From: Lama glama
Taxonomy: Eukaryota
Assembly (NCBI GenBank): GCA_028534125.1
Contig: CM052816.1
Location: forward strand, 91,452,001-91,516,000
Length of the DNA stretch: 64,000 bases
Direction of reading: 5' to 3'
Under the pieces are notes generated by a model. The model was not told the origin of the DNA and ran no database searches. It worked only from the letters and a program-made list of their open reading frames with translations. A program made the translations under genes and the position numbers. Position 1 is the first letter of the stretch. Every line of letters begins with the position of its first letter. Positions 25,046 through 39,082 of the stretch are shown here, one piece after another.

Positions 25046-25349
25046 GGACCAATATACAGACATAAGTATATGTCCAAGAGTATGATAGGCCTTGAGATGA
25101 TAAACTTCCGGGGCCGTGGGGTCAGAGGGCAGGGGTCTGCCCACGCATTGCCAGGGCAAGGGAGGTCATGATAAGGAGACTGCACACCCATGTGCTACTT
25201 CAGGTGATGTTTGTGGACTGAAAAAATAATGCTGCAGATACACCATATTTTCAACTATATGAATTTAAAAATTTTTAAATCATACTTGCTGCATGGAACA
25301 CTCCTGTCCTCCTGGGACTTGTTTTGCAGTAAAAGTACACCTACAGTCA

Positions 25350-25510
25350 GGAGATAGGATGGCTTAGCTGTTTAAAGCAGTAACTATGGAGCCAGGCTGC
25401 CTGAATCACAGCTCAGCTCCCCCTGACATGACTTTGGGCAAGCTCCTTTCATGTCCCTGTGCCTTGGGTTTTTCGTCTCATGAACTGAATTAATACACAG
25501 AAAGTTCATG
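25350..25510 (+). mobile_element. MIR SINE
   Basis: ctatggagccaggctgcctg...tgactttgggcaag...ctgtgccttgggtttt. Confidence 0.7.
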
Positions 25511-26379
25511 ATAGGTCTTCTAAAATTTAGCTACAATTATAAATACGGAGTTGGGGGGATGAAATATTTCGTGGCTACAATGAGTTCTTGATACTGGAAA
25601 AGTTTGGGAATGAATTTTTTTTTTTCCCCAGGGATCTGGCTGGGAAGAACTGAGCCAATTCCATCAATGGGCATTAAATCCTGTCTGAAGTTTGTTCCAA
25701 GTCAGCAACATATATTGGGTCCACTCTTTTCAAAGTTTTCACGGCCATTTCTTTGTCCATTGATAATGGCTGATGAGTATGTCATTGCCTGAGACTCTTC
25801 CCAGTCTGAGGTGTATGAGACGAGGGTGGTTATTCCAGGACATCTAGGCTGCCCATGTCGATGGAGTCTGCCCTCCCATGCTCTTTCTTCCAGGAACCTA
25901 CCCCTTACAGCCCCTACCCCTATGCACTCAGTGTAAACCTTAGTTCCCCTAGGTTCCATATAAACAGTAAGTTTAGTTAGCTCCCAGATACACAGTAAAA
26001 GCTGAGGTCATGAGTGCCTTTGGCAGGGAGAGGAGGTGTGGGGGTGAGGGGAGGAAGCATTCATTGAAGTTACAGTGGAGTTGGGGATGTACAGAGTGGG
26101 GGAAATATACGTTCTTTGATCTCCATTTTTTATTTGAGCCCATTTTTAGTATCTGAGTAGGTTTAAATTTTTTCTTTATCCATGACCTCCATTTTCTTGT
26201 GATGTCTCATTACTCAGTAACAAGAAGGAAGTATAAATATCCAGGGCCTGCACTGCAACCTCCTAAGTCCAAACATCATTTGCAATTACTCAGGCTTTGG
26301 ATACAGAGCCATTAAATTATGACATCTCATGGAAATGTAGGTGAGTCAAGAACAATATTTCAATTCTTTATCTTCCCAT

Positions 26380-26546
26380 GTCTCTCTCTCTCTCCCCATC
26401 TCTCCATCAGTGTATGCATGTATGTATATTTCTCTCTCCATGTCTCTCTACTCATCTATCCATTTATCTTTCGTTTCTATATCTACCTATTTATTATCTA
26501 TTTATCTATTTATATCTATCTACCTATCTATCTATCGTCTATCTAA
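26380..26546. repeat. Degenerate (CT)n/(TATC)n simple repeat
   Basis: Seen directly. Confidence 0.85.
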
Positions 26547-26679
26547 TTGTGTCTACAGACTGAAGAGAAGATTACAAGAGTATTTCCAAGAGATTAGGAC
26601 CTTGGGGATCAAGACATTTATTGGAAATATGTATGTTTGGCATAAGGGATGGAAGCCCCAGAAAATTCACCAGACAATA

Positions 26680-26862
26680 AATTACTGAGCAACTGTTCTG
26701 TGCCAAGCACTGTCCTAGATACTTTATATAGATCATCTCATTTTGTCCTCACAGCAATGCTGTGTGGCAGGTCAATATCTCTCTATTTCACAAAAGTGGA
26801 AATATGAGGCTCAGAGAAATTAAAAACTTTTTCCTGGGTCACATAGCTAACAAGTAGTAAAT
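26680..26862 (-). mobile_element. MIR SINE
   Basis: actgagcaactgttctgtgccaagcactgtccta...tgaggctcagagaaattaa...ggtcacatagctaacaagt. Confidence 0.8.
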
Positions 26863-26937
26863 TTGTCAGTTTACCCTCCTGACACACAGGAAAATGGATT
26901 CAGAAGAAAATGACTTTTAAATAATTAAAAGAGTTAC

Positions 26938-27190
26938 TAAATTGGGAATTTGAGATTTGCAGATACACATTACTATATATAAAATAAATAAACAATAATT
27001 TTATACTATATAGCACAAGAAACTATATTCAATATATTGAAGTAACCTAGTATGAAGAAGAATATGAAAAGGAATATATTGTGTATATGTATGGCTGAAA
27101 CATTATGCTGCACACCAGAAATTGATACAATGTTGTAAATTGACCATACTTCAATTTTTTTTAAAAGGGCAAAAAAATTAAATAAAAAAC
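26938..27190 (+). mobile_element. 5'-truncated lineage-specific L1, 3' UTR with A-rich tail
   Basis: gggaatttgagatttgcagatacac...tatagcacaagaaactatattcaatat...gctgcacaccagaaattgatacaa...tacttcaatt; homologous to copies at ~39.1 and ~53.4 kb. Confidence 0.88.
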
Positions 27191-28299
27191 AATGCCTAAT
27201 GGTCCACGTGGTTCTTACAGATGTGTATAGCAAATTGGTACCCTACTGGACCCAACAATTCAACATCCCTCTGCCCATGTCTTTACTGTATCTCTCCTCT
27301 TTCTCCCACTGAACATCCTTTTACCCATCACTTCTTCTGGGACAAACTTCCTCATCTCGCAAAAGGGATCGCCTTGGTCGTCAGCTGCTTACCTGGTCTG
27401 GGGGCTCCAGCCATGCCAACTGAATAATTGCTCTAAGGACATTTTCAGGAATGGACACTTCATTGGAGCAGAAGACCTCTAGAAGCCTCTACAATACTTG
27501 GTTCTTATGCTACCTCCATCCCCCCAAATCCTCACAAATGAATGAATGGGGAGTGTTCATTTTTGATGAGATTTCAGTGAGGTGGGATTTTAAAAGTATT
27601 AATTAGTTCAGGTAATTGTTCATAACAAAAATATGCTTCCACAAGTACTTCAAAGCCAGTGAGCTAAAAAATCCACCAGAGTGCACTTTTAGAAGCCATG
27701 GTCAGGTTTATCAGCATCCATTTTACTATATTACAACTGCATCATTAGTGGTAAGCCTTTTCCTCGAGGACAGCAACAAGGTCAGCCAGCAACAGAAGAA
27801 GAGATTGGTGGTCCAGTGAAAGGAATATTGGGACATGACTAACCAGCTTAACTAGCTGTGTGGTTAAGTCACCTTTACTTCCTATAAGACCCATGAGGTG
27901 CATCTTGCTGGCCCCAGAAGGTCCTGTGTCAAGGAAATGAGAGGCTGTGGAAGAGGTTTTAAAAATTTATTTTATATAAAGATATATATCCATGTGAAGC
28001 ATTATATACACTATAAACACTACTTCCATTAAGCCAGGTGCTGAGTCACTCAGATTGGCAATGAGCAAATAACGAAGGAGCAAGGTCACAGGCAATGTAG
28101 ACGTAATACCGCGTTGAGTCATTCTGTTTGGCCCCTCGTTACACTGTAGCATGTCGATCTGTGGAGGGCGACACAGTGGAGGGCAGGTCAGGTGGGCAGT
28201 AGAAGAGGGAAGGGAAGTGGATCACATGCTAAAGGGTAAGTAAAAGGGAGGGAAGGATTGGCAGCTGAGGTCACCCCATCAGTGAGCTATTGTTCGCCC

Positions 28300-28445
28300 A
28301 TTAATTCATTTAATCAGTTGGTCACTCTAGTCACAACTGCAGAGCGCCTACTGTGTGCAAGGCATCAGGCTGGATGCCATGGGGATTCAGGCTGCATGAC
28401 ACAGTTCTTGCCCTCAGCCATATGAGCAACAAAGCCTAGTGAAGG
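28300..28445 (-). mobile_element. L2 3' terminus
   Basis: gagcgcctactgtgtgcaaggca...ggggattcag...gacacagttcttgccctca. Confidence 0.65.
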
Positions 28446-29826
28446 GCAAGATGAAGTCAATGTAGTAAGTGAGGCCCAGTAGTCCCTCTCCAGTTGTGCC
28501 TTATTCTTACTGTGTCTTATTTGTTTTCATATTTTTTTTCATTATCAGACAAGCTCAAAACACCACCCCAAGAAAGTATGTAGGACTAGCACTTCCTGTG
28601 TACGGGAGAATTAAGTATTCCTATTCAGGGGCTGGGCATGTGGTGGAGGAGGTAGACCAGATGGCTGCCATGGTAGAGGTTTGGCTATTTTGAAAGAAAA
28701 ATTTCGAAAGACTTGGGATGCTGAGAGATATGGCTTGGTCACCAAACATGGCTCAGAACAGCCTCTGGTTTGGCCTAGTAGAAGGGAGTCAAGGGGGCAT
28801 TTCCACTCACATTTCTAGGGCACTGAACTACTTCAATCCACTTCGGCCATCTATCCCTCTGGGCTGTTGTGACAATTAATATGTTAACAAATGTAAATCA
28901 CCAGTCACAATGCTGGACAGATAGGTGCTCATTAGAACTCATGGCTCCTCATGCCAGCTTTTCCCCAAGAGTAAACACTGCCTCCGTTATTATCTTCTGG
29001 AGGTTAATGTTGATGAAATAAAAATCCACATTTTAAGGCAAGGCAAGAAAAATTTTAGCATAATTTTTTCCTGCACACTTGGGGATCCTCCCTCCCCTCT
29101 GGTGTGCATTGTGCATCTGTATTATGCATTGACCGGACCTCCCCAATGGCAAAAATACCTGATCTACCATAAAGATCTTTTTTTTTCCCCCTTCTGGCCC
29201 CAGCCATCTGACTCCTCAGAAGATAACATTCCTTTCTCAGTCCTGGAAGGGGTCACAGTGACCCACCATTCACTCTGTACATACAGACGTTTTTGCTGAA
29301 CTTTATCTACAATGTCAATATCTCATTTCCCTTAAAGACAGTGCAGAACAGGCTGGTCAGACGACTGGGGAGATACTGGGCTGCACTTAATGGAAGTTCG
29401 TAGATTAAATCTTACTTATGACCTTATTAATATTACTAGCTATATTATTTATATTTTGCCTATTTTATAAGATTATTGTTTCTTGCTCTACCAAATATGT
29501 GACTGAGCCTCAGATTAAATTAATGACTATGGAACTTGAAGCGACTGGTCAAATGCATAGTTCTATAAGATCAATGATTGTAATAGTGTAAATCTAGATA
29601 TGGGAAGAAGCAGCAAGAGAGAACCATTTCCTGGACCATAACAGGCTAGTAAGACAGAGCATCCAGAGATTTGGGGCTACTGTTAACAAGGCCTAGTCTA
29701 GTAATTGCACATCAGGTGGCTCATCAATGAATTCCTTCCTTGACCTGGGATTGAGCATTCCTGGTGTCATGGAACAAATTAGTCATGAAATGCCTTCCAA
29801 ATCTTGGTCAAAATTAAGACCAAAAG

Positions 29827-30283
29827 CGAAGGGATTATAAAGAATGTTGCCCACCATCCAGTTCAGTAAGAATTAAGTCATTAGCCACTGCAGTCACTGG
29901 CCTGCAGTGCACCATGAAAGGAATTCTGGATTGAGATCCAGATCAGGATGAGTTTCTGCGCTCTGAGCAAACGGACAGAGCAGACCTTCAGACAGTTAGA
30001 AACTTTCAACAGAAATATTTTCTGAGCCTGGCTTCTTGCGTCTTCCCATACTTAGAAAAACACTAAGACCATTAGCTGCAGCAACCTTCTGCCTAGATGC
30101 GTGCTTGACTGCGTGGACCCCCTTCACTAAATCACATGCATACCGCCCTCCCACACTACCCCTTTGGAGCAGTTCTCAGAGCTCTCTGAGAGACCATCTC
30201 CTGGGTTATAAGCCTCAGTTTTGTGCAAATAAAATTTTCCATTTCCTTTTTAGATTGACTACTGATTATTTTTTCCATGGATA
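29827..30283 (+). mobile_element. ERV1-type solo LTR (diverged relative of the LTRs at 32925 and 42322)
   Basis: Shares blocks with the other two (ttcccatacttagaaaa, ctttggagcagttctcagagc..tctgaga, AATAAA ~55 nt from the end). Confidence 0.7.
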
Positions 30284-31364
30284 AAGTGATTGAAAGAAAG
30301 TGGATCTTAATAGTACTTTTCTACTAACTACAGAACATCGTTTCAACGCTCTTATCAATATCAAACTCCACCTCGCTCAACTTTTTGGCTATTCTCCATT
30401 TATAGCAAGGACCCCTTCATGCGTGGTCAAATGTCATTCTTTATCTGCAGGAGGCACAGGAGGCTGGGTTAATGAACAGAGGGCCCGTGCCATGTTGACT
30501 TTACATTTGTCCAAACAGTGGCCATGTTTCTTTGAAAATACAATTTTCAAGGGTATTTTGTGACTCCTCACTGAGTCTGCTCTAGGCTGCAGTGGATGGA
30601 AATAATTTCACCTGCAATATTTAGAACTGGAACTAATGACTCTTCATATCTTTTCAAACTCATCTATTCTTATTTAAAAGCGATGAATAGTGGCAGTTTG
30701 GAAAGATGTACTTGTTCATTGGCGCAATAAAAAATAGATGGCATTGTGGCACAAAAGTTCTTAACGTCCTTCCCCAAGGGGAAAGATAATTGCTACAAGG
30801 AATTAGAATTTAACTCCTTGCTCTTGTTCCTTCAAAAAGGTTCACTATTGTTTTTATCTTTTCTCAAAAAATTTCCCCCATAGATTTCCAAATTCAAGTG
30901 CAGAACATTTTATGTTTACATGAGTGCATTAATATTTTCTAATCTATTTCTAGTATATTGATAACAAAAGAAATTTTCATTTTTGGATTGTTTTTTGTCA
31001 AGAACTCAAAGCCAATAAAAAATGTTAAAAAAAAAAAAAGAATGCAAAGGGCCTTAAAGACTTAAATTCAAGATGCAAAATTTAGACTTCAGGTATCACT
31101 TTACTCAGTTGACAGATGACTAAATAGTACCTAGAGGCAAACTTTTTCTCAGAATTCCTGACATGAAAATAGTCTCAGGAGTAAAATCTCTAAGTAAATG
31201 CAAAGTAAGCACGCCCTTGAGGGGAGGATGGATGTATCTGTGTTAGGGAGTGGAGGCTTTTAGCACTGCTTTCTGCATTACAGCTTCATTGGCGAATGAA
31301 GAGAATGAAGACCAGCGTTACCATCTGGTTACTAAGTATATTCATGCTTCCAGGACTTTTTTCA

Positions 31365-31490
31365 ATGGTGTAGTAGGAAGGGAGTCAAGATGTATTGATT
31401 CTGACCTTGGCATTTTTGCTAGCTAATTACGTCATCTTGAGAGAAGCATTTAACGTTTTTGAAGCTCAGTTTCCTCATCTATAAGAAGAA
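31365..31490 (+). mobile_element. MIR SINE
   Basis: ggagtcaaga...gctcagtttcctcatctataa. Confidence 0.65.
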
Positions 31491-32783
31491 AGTTATTAGA
31501 TTTAGAGGCAGAAAATACCTAGCATGTCTTTTCTTCCTCTCTCCAATCTTGTGCCCACAACAGACATCAGTATCAATCATCGCATGATTTCCTGTTGAGC
31601 CCATGCTTGACCTTGGGACATTTTCCACATCATGCTCCAGTTAGCTATGATTAATTGGTACAGGTTAACTGAAACAAAACCTATTTTCCACTCCTGGACT
31701 GGAAGATTTCAAAGGTATGATCTAAAACCATAGGCTTCTCTTCCTGATACAACCTGCTTATGTTTAATAACAATGATTTAAAACAACTGAATATTTGGAA
31801 AGTACCCATAATACCCTTCGTTAGACGAAAGCCCCAGGGAACACGGTCCCAGACTAATGAAGTACTTAAAATGTCACATACCTAGCCTGTGGCAGTCCAG
31901 TGCTAACCAACGGGCTTTTGGGTTCTGACTCAGGATATAGAGATATAATCTGATTTCTCCTAAACATAAGCTGCACTACGTGATTTTAAAACTATGCCAC
32001 AAGCAAAGGAGAAAGAGTACATTTAGCAGTAAAAAGATCCAGATACTGGCAGCAATATACTATTCGATCTCTGTGGGATTTTTGCCATTGTTGTTTTTGA
32101 GATGACACAGCAGAGGCATAGAAGTCTGAGCCACGTTTCCCTTGCCTTCTGGACGTCACTGGAGAATGACACCTATCAGCAGACTGGGTCTGTAGTAAGG
32201 AATCACACATTTGCAAACATTTCCCAATGTTGGTGACTTACCGAGAACGTATTGCCTAATGATTGCACTGACTATGTCCCTGGGAACCGCTGCCAAGGCA
32301 TACTGTCCAGGCTTGTTGCATTTTCCTCTGGATTCTAATAAGTTTTTTTTTGGCCTGGAGAAATCAAGACATTCATAAAAGAAACAAGGCATGTGGAAAT
32401 GCACTATTGATTTATACACTTGCAAATGGACAACAGCCCTGGGGGGAATGAGGGCTCCTTTTGTTTTGTGTAATCCTTCTGGTATGATTTGAAGCTCAGT
32501 CTCCTTCCAAAATGAGTCAATAAATTGATACTGATAAGGATGCTTTGCTTTCCTCTCCCTGCAAGTAGCTGCGATCTTCCCAGAATCTCCTCACTGACTT
32601 AAGAAGACGATCTAATGACACTGTTCTGGTGCCAGAAAGATGCAGCTGCTTGAGGTCATCCAGGGAGGTCAGCTCAAGGGGGAAGCTGCAGCCATGTCCT
32701 TCATTCTGTAGTGTTCTGGGTACACATTCATTTTTCCCTCCCTGCCCTTCTCATCTCTGTATAGCAAAAGTACATTGAGCACT

Positions 32784-33617
32784 TGAATTAGTTTGCTCAA
32801 GCTGCCATAACAAAATATCACAGACCAGGTGGGGCTTAAACACCAGAAATTAATTTTCTCACAGTTCTGGAGACTGCAAGTTCAAAGTCAAGGAGCCAGT
32901 AGAGTTGGTTTCTTCTGATGCTCCTGTGGTTGAAAAATATTGCCAGCCACATCAGTAAACAAAGGAAGTTGCAGCCATAAAGCCCTGAGCCACAGCAGCC
33001 GCCCCCAGCCGTGCACCCTGAGGGATTCAGGAAGGAGGGAAGCTAGAGACTAGTCCTAGAGGGTAAAAATGCATGTCAGAGGGATCACTTCAATGAGCCC
33101 AGGCGCCTGCATTTCCCCATACATAGAAAAGTGCTAAATTCATTGCCTTGAGATGTCTGGTTTTCTTTCACTAACAGTAATCTTTTGATGTTCCGACTAC
33201 CTGGTCTTGGCTGCAAAAACTGCTATGTATCCTGGCTCCTCCACTGCCTCTTTAGAGCAGCCCCTCAGAGCAATCTGAGACGTCACATCTCAGGCTTAAG
33301 TCCTTAGAAAAATCCTCCGAATAAAATACAATTTTCAACTTTAGGTTGTACCTTTTTTTCAGTCAGCGGTCATAGGTAAGGAAAGGCTCTGTTCCAGGTC
33401 TCCCTTCTTGCCTTATGGATGTCCATCCTCGGTGCACATGCGCCCATGAGGTCTCGCTCATGTGTCCTAATCTCTTCTCACAAGGACACCAGTCAGACTG
33501 GACTATGGTCCACCCTTATAGACCCATTTTAACTTAATTACCTCTCTAAAGGCCCTATTTCCAAATATAGTCACATTCTGAGGTATTGGGGCTCCGACGT
33601 AGTTCAACTCATAATCA
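32784..33617 (-). mobile_element. MaLR solo LTR (MLT1B-like) split by an ERV1 LTR
   Basis: gctgccataacaaaatatcacagac...ctcacagttctggag to the left and aaggacaccagtca...ccaaatatagtcacattctgaggta to the right of the insert. Confidence 0.85.
32925..33368 (+). mobile_element. ERV1-type solo LTR nested in MLT1B
   Basis: Starts tgtggttgaaaaa; long near-identical blocks with 42322-42823 (atcagtaaacaaagga; ctaacagtaatcttttgatgttccgactacc; ccgaataaaa). Confidence 0.85.
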
Positions 33618-33624
33618 CATTCAT

Positions 33625-33746
33625 TATGGTTTAGGCTCTCCTTCTAAATTCTTTATGTGTATTATCTCATCCAATCCTCACAGCAACTCTAGGAATTAGG
33701 TGGGATTATTGCCCCATTTTATAGGTAAGGAAGCTAAGGTCCGAGA
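33625..33746 (-). mobile_element. MIR SINE
   Basis: attatctcatccaatcctcacagcaactct...ccccattttataggtaaggaagctaagg. Confidence 0.75.
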
Positions 33747-33751
33747 TACAA

Positions 33752-33798
33752 ATATATATATATATTATATATATGTGTATGTGTATATATATATATAT
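33752..33798. repeat. (TA)n/(TG)n microsatellite
   Basis: Seen directly. Confidence 0.9.
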
Positions 33799-35860
33799 GC
33801 AGTTATTTTATTTGACAAAACTTTATTTCTTCATTCTTTGAAGAGTGCTATAAATAAGCTTTTTTATATTTGCTAACATAGTAACAGTATCTTGTACTTG
33901 TGTGTAAACTTTAACCATTATCCTTTCTCAACATATGTCTACATCAGAATTCCATATTGTATACAGTGCCTTGCATTCATTAGATGCTCAATATTTCATA
34001 ATTTGATCTGAAAATTTTGGAAATCAGAAAAAGAATATAGAAACTCTAAGAAAAGTCATGGGACTAACTAGGTGGCAGTTTAGTCTGTGGTGAGAAGTGC
34101 TACGTAGACATCAAGATGTTGAAACTGTGATGAATCTATCTTTTTGAAAGCATTGTGAAATATAAGCAGATGTTATATTTTCCTTATTATTATAGAAAGT
34201 ATTGATTGGGCGTATCAGTGACTCTCAAAGAGCTTGAAGATACAGTCATAATTCTATAACTTTTTCTGGTAATATTCTTATATAACTGGCAGAAGAGAAG
34301 AAAGGAGGGAAGTTACTACTTCCCCAGGATTACAAAGCAGGTGTGAAGAGGAGGTAGGGCTGACACCAAGCAAAGCATAATATATAGGTATGTATTAAAT
34401 ACCTTTCACCGTTGGGTATTCAGGCTCCAGTATCTCAATTTCTTGCACAGTCACTTTCCTCCAATTAAAAGATTGGTCAAAGCAGACAATACTTCCTGCC
34501 ACTTGCCCATACATCATTTATGTGGAAAGGCACATGATAAATCTAGAGAGAGAATATTTGTATAATCAGTATGTAATTATTTGTTAGTTCAAATTTGAAG
34601 CCTCCTTCAGCTGCGTTATCTATTCGCACACAATTCCACAGCAAAATGTATTTCTGTCTTCATCACCATAGCTGGATTAAAACCTCTAGGTCTATTTCAA
34701 AGATAGAATTTTCTTAGATATAACCAAAGGCTTCCCTTTGTTCTAAATCACCACCCCTGGACAGGGAACTCCCTGGATTTTCTTTGTTCTGATCTTTTCT
34801 CCCTCTTAATTCACACCAAAGTGCAGTGATGAAGACCACCATTCGTTTTCACTCAGAATTCTCATTCTCCAGATTCTTCTTCATTTGAAGTGCAATTCCT
34901 TCAAAGATAAAGACATAGAAAGTATGGTGGTCCACCCCTCGGCTTACAGCTTACTTCAAGGGATAAGAACGCAATACCAAGTGGAGACTTGAACCCTATT
35001 TTCTGCTTTCCAGACCTTCTGCTTGGAGAGATTCAAAGTGACTGATGATCAAACAACCCAGCACAAAGAAGGAGATGAGTGAAGGAGCCTGGACATCACA
35101 TGGAGTGTTCTGTGGCTGGGAGATCTGGCATAACCCCGACATTACCCAAACGTTGGTGGATGTAAGCCAGGCCCCAACTCTATTTTAAAGTGGTTTTTGA
35201 GCCTGAGACTCATACTTACATATTGTATACAGCTGTGGCTGCTTGCAAACACAAACCTCTGTGATAATAATTTTGTTTTGTTTTGGAAAGAAATACTATA
35301 CATGTATCCCTCCATAAACCTCTAAACGTTTCCTTTCTATGAACCCACAGCTTTATCTGGTCTTTGGTTTCTAATTTATGTCTCTAATTTGCCTTTGATG
35401 TGAGGCGGATGACTTCCTCCAATGTAATTTCCCCTGAAGTCATCATTTGTCTGATTCCACTGTGAAGAAATAGCTCTATTTGTGCCTATATTATGCTCCA
35501 AATTCCTTTGTGGGTCAAAAGCCTGAATCTGTGTATCGTAAGAACACAGGGAATTATGGGGTAACTATCACCAAAAGATCCCTTTATGTCAACGGATGCC
35601 CTGAGTTAAATAAAAAATATTTGTGAGGGTAATGAGCAGAAAAATGTGGCTTATCTGTACATCCATGTCACTTTAAGAAACCTGAGAGGCAAGGCTGAGT
35701 TACAGTTTTCATCCAAATATAGAACTTATCAGTCTTGGGGTGTAGCTATATCTCTGCTTTCTTTCAAAACTCCAAGAAAAGCCAACAAATGAATAGAAAT
35801 ACTATATTGGAAACCATACATTAGCAGAGTAATGCTTTGTAATATCATTATATTTCTCCT

Positions 35861-36272
35861 TTATTTTTAAATAAATGTTTATTTAAGTGTAGTTGATTTG
35901 CAATGTTAGTTTCAGGTGTACAGCAAAGTGACTCAGTTATACATATACATACATGTATATATTTTCTCTTCAGATTCTTTTCCATTATATGTTATTATAA
36001 GGGATTAAATAGAGTTCCCTGTGCTATACAGTAGGTCCTTGTTGTTTATCTATTTTATATATAGTCATGTGTGTCTGTTAATTCCCACCCCCTAATTTAT
36101 CCCTCCCCAACCCTTTCCCCTTTGGTAACCATAGTTTGTTTTCTATGTCCATGAGTCTGCTTTTGGTTTGTAAATAGAATTTGTATCATTAAAATAATTA
36201 TTATAGATTCCACATATTGAGTGAAGTAAGTCAGACAGAGAAAGACAAGTATCATATGACATCACTTGTATG
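35861..36272 (-). mobile_element. Truncated cetartiodactyl-type L1 with 5' inversion
   Basis: Antisense L1 3' UTR 35861-36217 joined to a sense-oriented ORF2-end segment 36218-36272; degenerate TSD tatttctcct / catttcccct. Confidence 0.85.
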
Positions 36273-37420
36273 CATTTCCCCTCTAGATGATGCTGCCTTT
36301 TCCCCATTAGGTCTAGGCCAGGAAACTGAGGCTTATTGCTCAGGAGAGGAGGGTGATTATCCCTTACAATGACAACCGTGATAATAATAGCAATTAATGT
36401 TTATGAAGTGTATTATTTGCTAGCTATTTTTCTATGCAGTTTGCAGTAGATCTTTGAATCTAGTCTTCTCCCTTACCCTAAGCAGGCACAAATTTTTATT
36501 CTATAAAATGCCTATTTTCTTCACAGAGTGAAGAGTTGGATATAAATATATGGAGGGAGGATGAGCTTCATGTACACATTTGGCCATAGGGAAAGCAAAG
36601 TGTCCTTCGTTGTCAAGTCCTCTGGCTCACCCCATGACTATGACCTTAGTCCGTGCCTTGGCTGCTTCCCAATGGGCAAATTATGTGACTGGCACTACTC
36701 AAAGTCTTGTTTTCCTCTCCATTTTGGTGTGGTTTATGTACTAAGATATTCTCTTAATATAGTAGGGACATAAAAAGTACAAAAAGATAATTTTATGGGA
36801 TATATGTTTATAAATGAACATGCATAATTAACATTATTAAAATTGTATTCTGTATGCCCCTCAATAAAAAAAGAAAAGTAAAGATATATTTACTAAACTT
36901 TGTAAAAAAGGCTCATGAGAGCTTCTAATATGAGGCTAGGATATACTACAGAAGTATATTTCTTCATTCAAAAAGTTAATAGTGTCTCAGGGAATTGCAA
37001 AATGTCAAAACATCTCATTAACTCAATAAATTTCTCAACCTACTCACCTCCCCTCTGATAATACACTAGAGAGAGGTGGAAGACACCCCAGATTGAGGGC
37101 GCCCATGTGCCCTGGTGGTGAGGGTGAGGATGCAGTGGGCAGGTGTGGGGTGGGGTGAGTACTGGGGATGCCTCCAAGGAGCTCTGTCTTCCCTTATCTG
37201 CCTGTGGACTGGAAATGAGCACTTAACTGTCTGTCCCATCCCTGAGGAAGCTGGGGAGAAAATGGCCATGCTGGGACCAGCAGTTGGAAATTAGAGGCTG
37301 AGTCCACTTGATATCCTTGTTTCTAGGAATAGAAAGGGTGAGTGGATCTGCATTTCCCTATTGAGGGCCAGCTGCCACCAGAAGAATTGGAATCCAAATG
37401 TCCAGGTGTTAGAGACTTTG

Positions 37421-38903
37421 CAACTCAAAAGCAATCTTGAGAAGGAACAATGCTGGGGCATCAAGCTTACAGATTTCAAACTATATTACAAAGATATAGT
37501 AATCAAAACAATATGACACTTGCATAAAAACAGACACACAGGACAACAAGACTGAATCAAGAGCCCAGAAATAAACCTTTGCATACAGAGTCAACTAATA
37601 TTTGACAAGGGAGCTAAGAATACTCAATGGGAAAAGGATGGTCTCTTCAATAAATGGTACTGGGAAAACTGAACATTCACATGCGAAAGAATGAAATTGG
37701 ACTCCTATATTACACCACTCATGAAAATTAACTCAAAATGGGTTAAAGAATTAAATGTAAGACCTGAAACCATTAAAAACCCTAGGAGAAAGTATAGGAA
37801 GAAAACTCCTTGACATTGGTCTTGGCAATGACACCAACACCACAAGCAATGAAAGCAAAAATAAACAAGTGAGACAAAATCAAATTTAAAAGCTCCCCAC
37901 ATAAAAAGAAATAATCAGCAAAATGAAAAGCAACCTACAGAATAGAAGAAAATATTTGCAATCCCATATCTAATAAGGGGTTAATATCCAAAATAGGTAA
38001 GGAACTTATTACAACTCAATAGGAAAAAACCCATAATTAATCCAATTAAAACATTGGGCAAAGAACCTAAATAGATATTTCCCCAAAGAAGATACACAAG
38101 TGGACAACAGCTACATGAAAAGATGATCAACATCATTAATCATCTAATGCAAATCAAAACCACAATGAGATACCACCTCACACCTGCTAGAATGGCAATT
38201 ATCAAAAAGACAAGAGATAACAAGTGCTAGTGAGGATGTGGAGAAAAGAGAAGCCTTGTACACTGTTTGTGGGAATGTAAATGGGTGCAGCCACTATGGA
38301 AAATGATATAGAGTTTCCTCAAAAAATTTAAAAAAGAACTACTACATTTGTGTGTATATATCCAAGGGAGACATACTTTCAAAGGAAATTACTATCTTGA
38401 AGAGATAACTTTACTTTCATATTCATTGCAGCATTATTCACATTAGTCCAGACATGGAAACAACCTACGTCTACCAATGGGTGAATGGAAAAACAAGATG
38501 TGATCTGTATGCATAGTCGAACTCATAGAAACAGAGAGTAGAAATAGGGGTTTCCAGGGGCTGGACTGGGGAGTGAAAAATGGATGAAATGTTGGACAAG
38601 GGTACAAACGTCCAGCAAAGATGAAGACACTCTGGGGATCTTATGTACAGCATGGCAGCCACAGTTAACAAGACCGTGTTGTACACTTGGACATTGCTAA
38701 AAGAGTAGATCCTAAATGTTCTCACCACCATAACCACCACCGCAACAACAAAAACGGTGATTATGTGAGCTGAAGGATGTGTTAACTAACCTTACGGTGG
38801 TAATCACTTCACAATATATACTTCTATGAAATCATCCCATTGTATGCTTTCAGCTTACACAATGTTAAATGTCAATTATATCTCAATAAAGCTGGGGAGA
38901 AAA
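37421..38903 (+). mobile_element. L1MA9-like LINE: degraded ORF2 C-terminal part and 3' UTR
   Basis: aaagcaatcttgag...ttcaaactatattacaaag...gagcccagaaataaacc...aatgcaaatcaaaaccacaatgagataccacctcacacc...caattatatctcaataaagctgg. Confidence 0.9.
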
Positions 38904-39082
38904 GAACTTCACGGCTGGGCACAGTTTCACAGTTCCCTCACTGTCTGTGGGTCCCAACCCACCCATCAGCTGCTGTTTTAATCTCACTACAGTTTATTCT
39001 GCACTGCTAAAGAATAAGGAGGTTTAACTCAGACACTTTCCTCAAAACACGTATCAGTTCTTGAAGAATAAGGATTTGTTTT

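Noticed and set aside
34065..34078. CTCF-like TAACTAGGTGGCAG
   Set aside because: Lacks the leading CC and overlaps the start of a MIR-like remnant.
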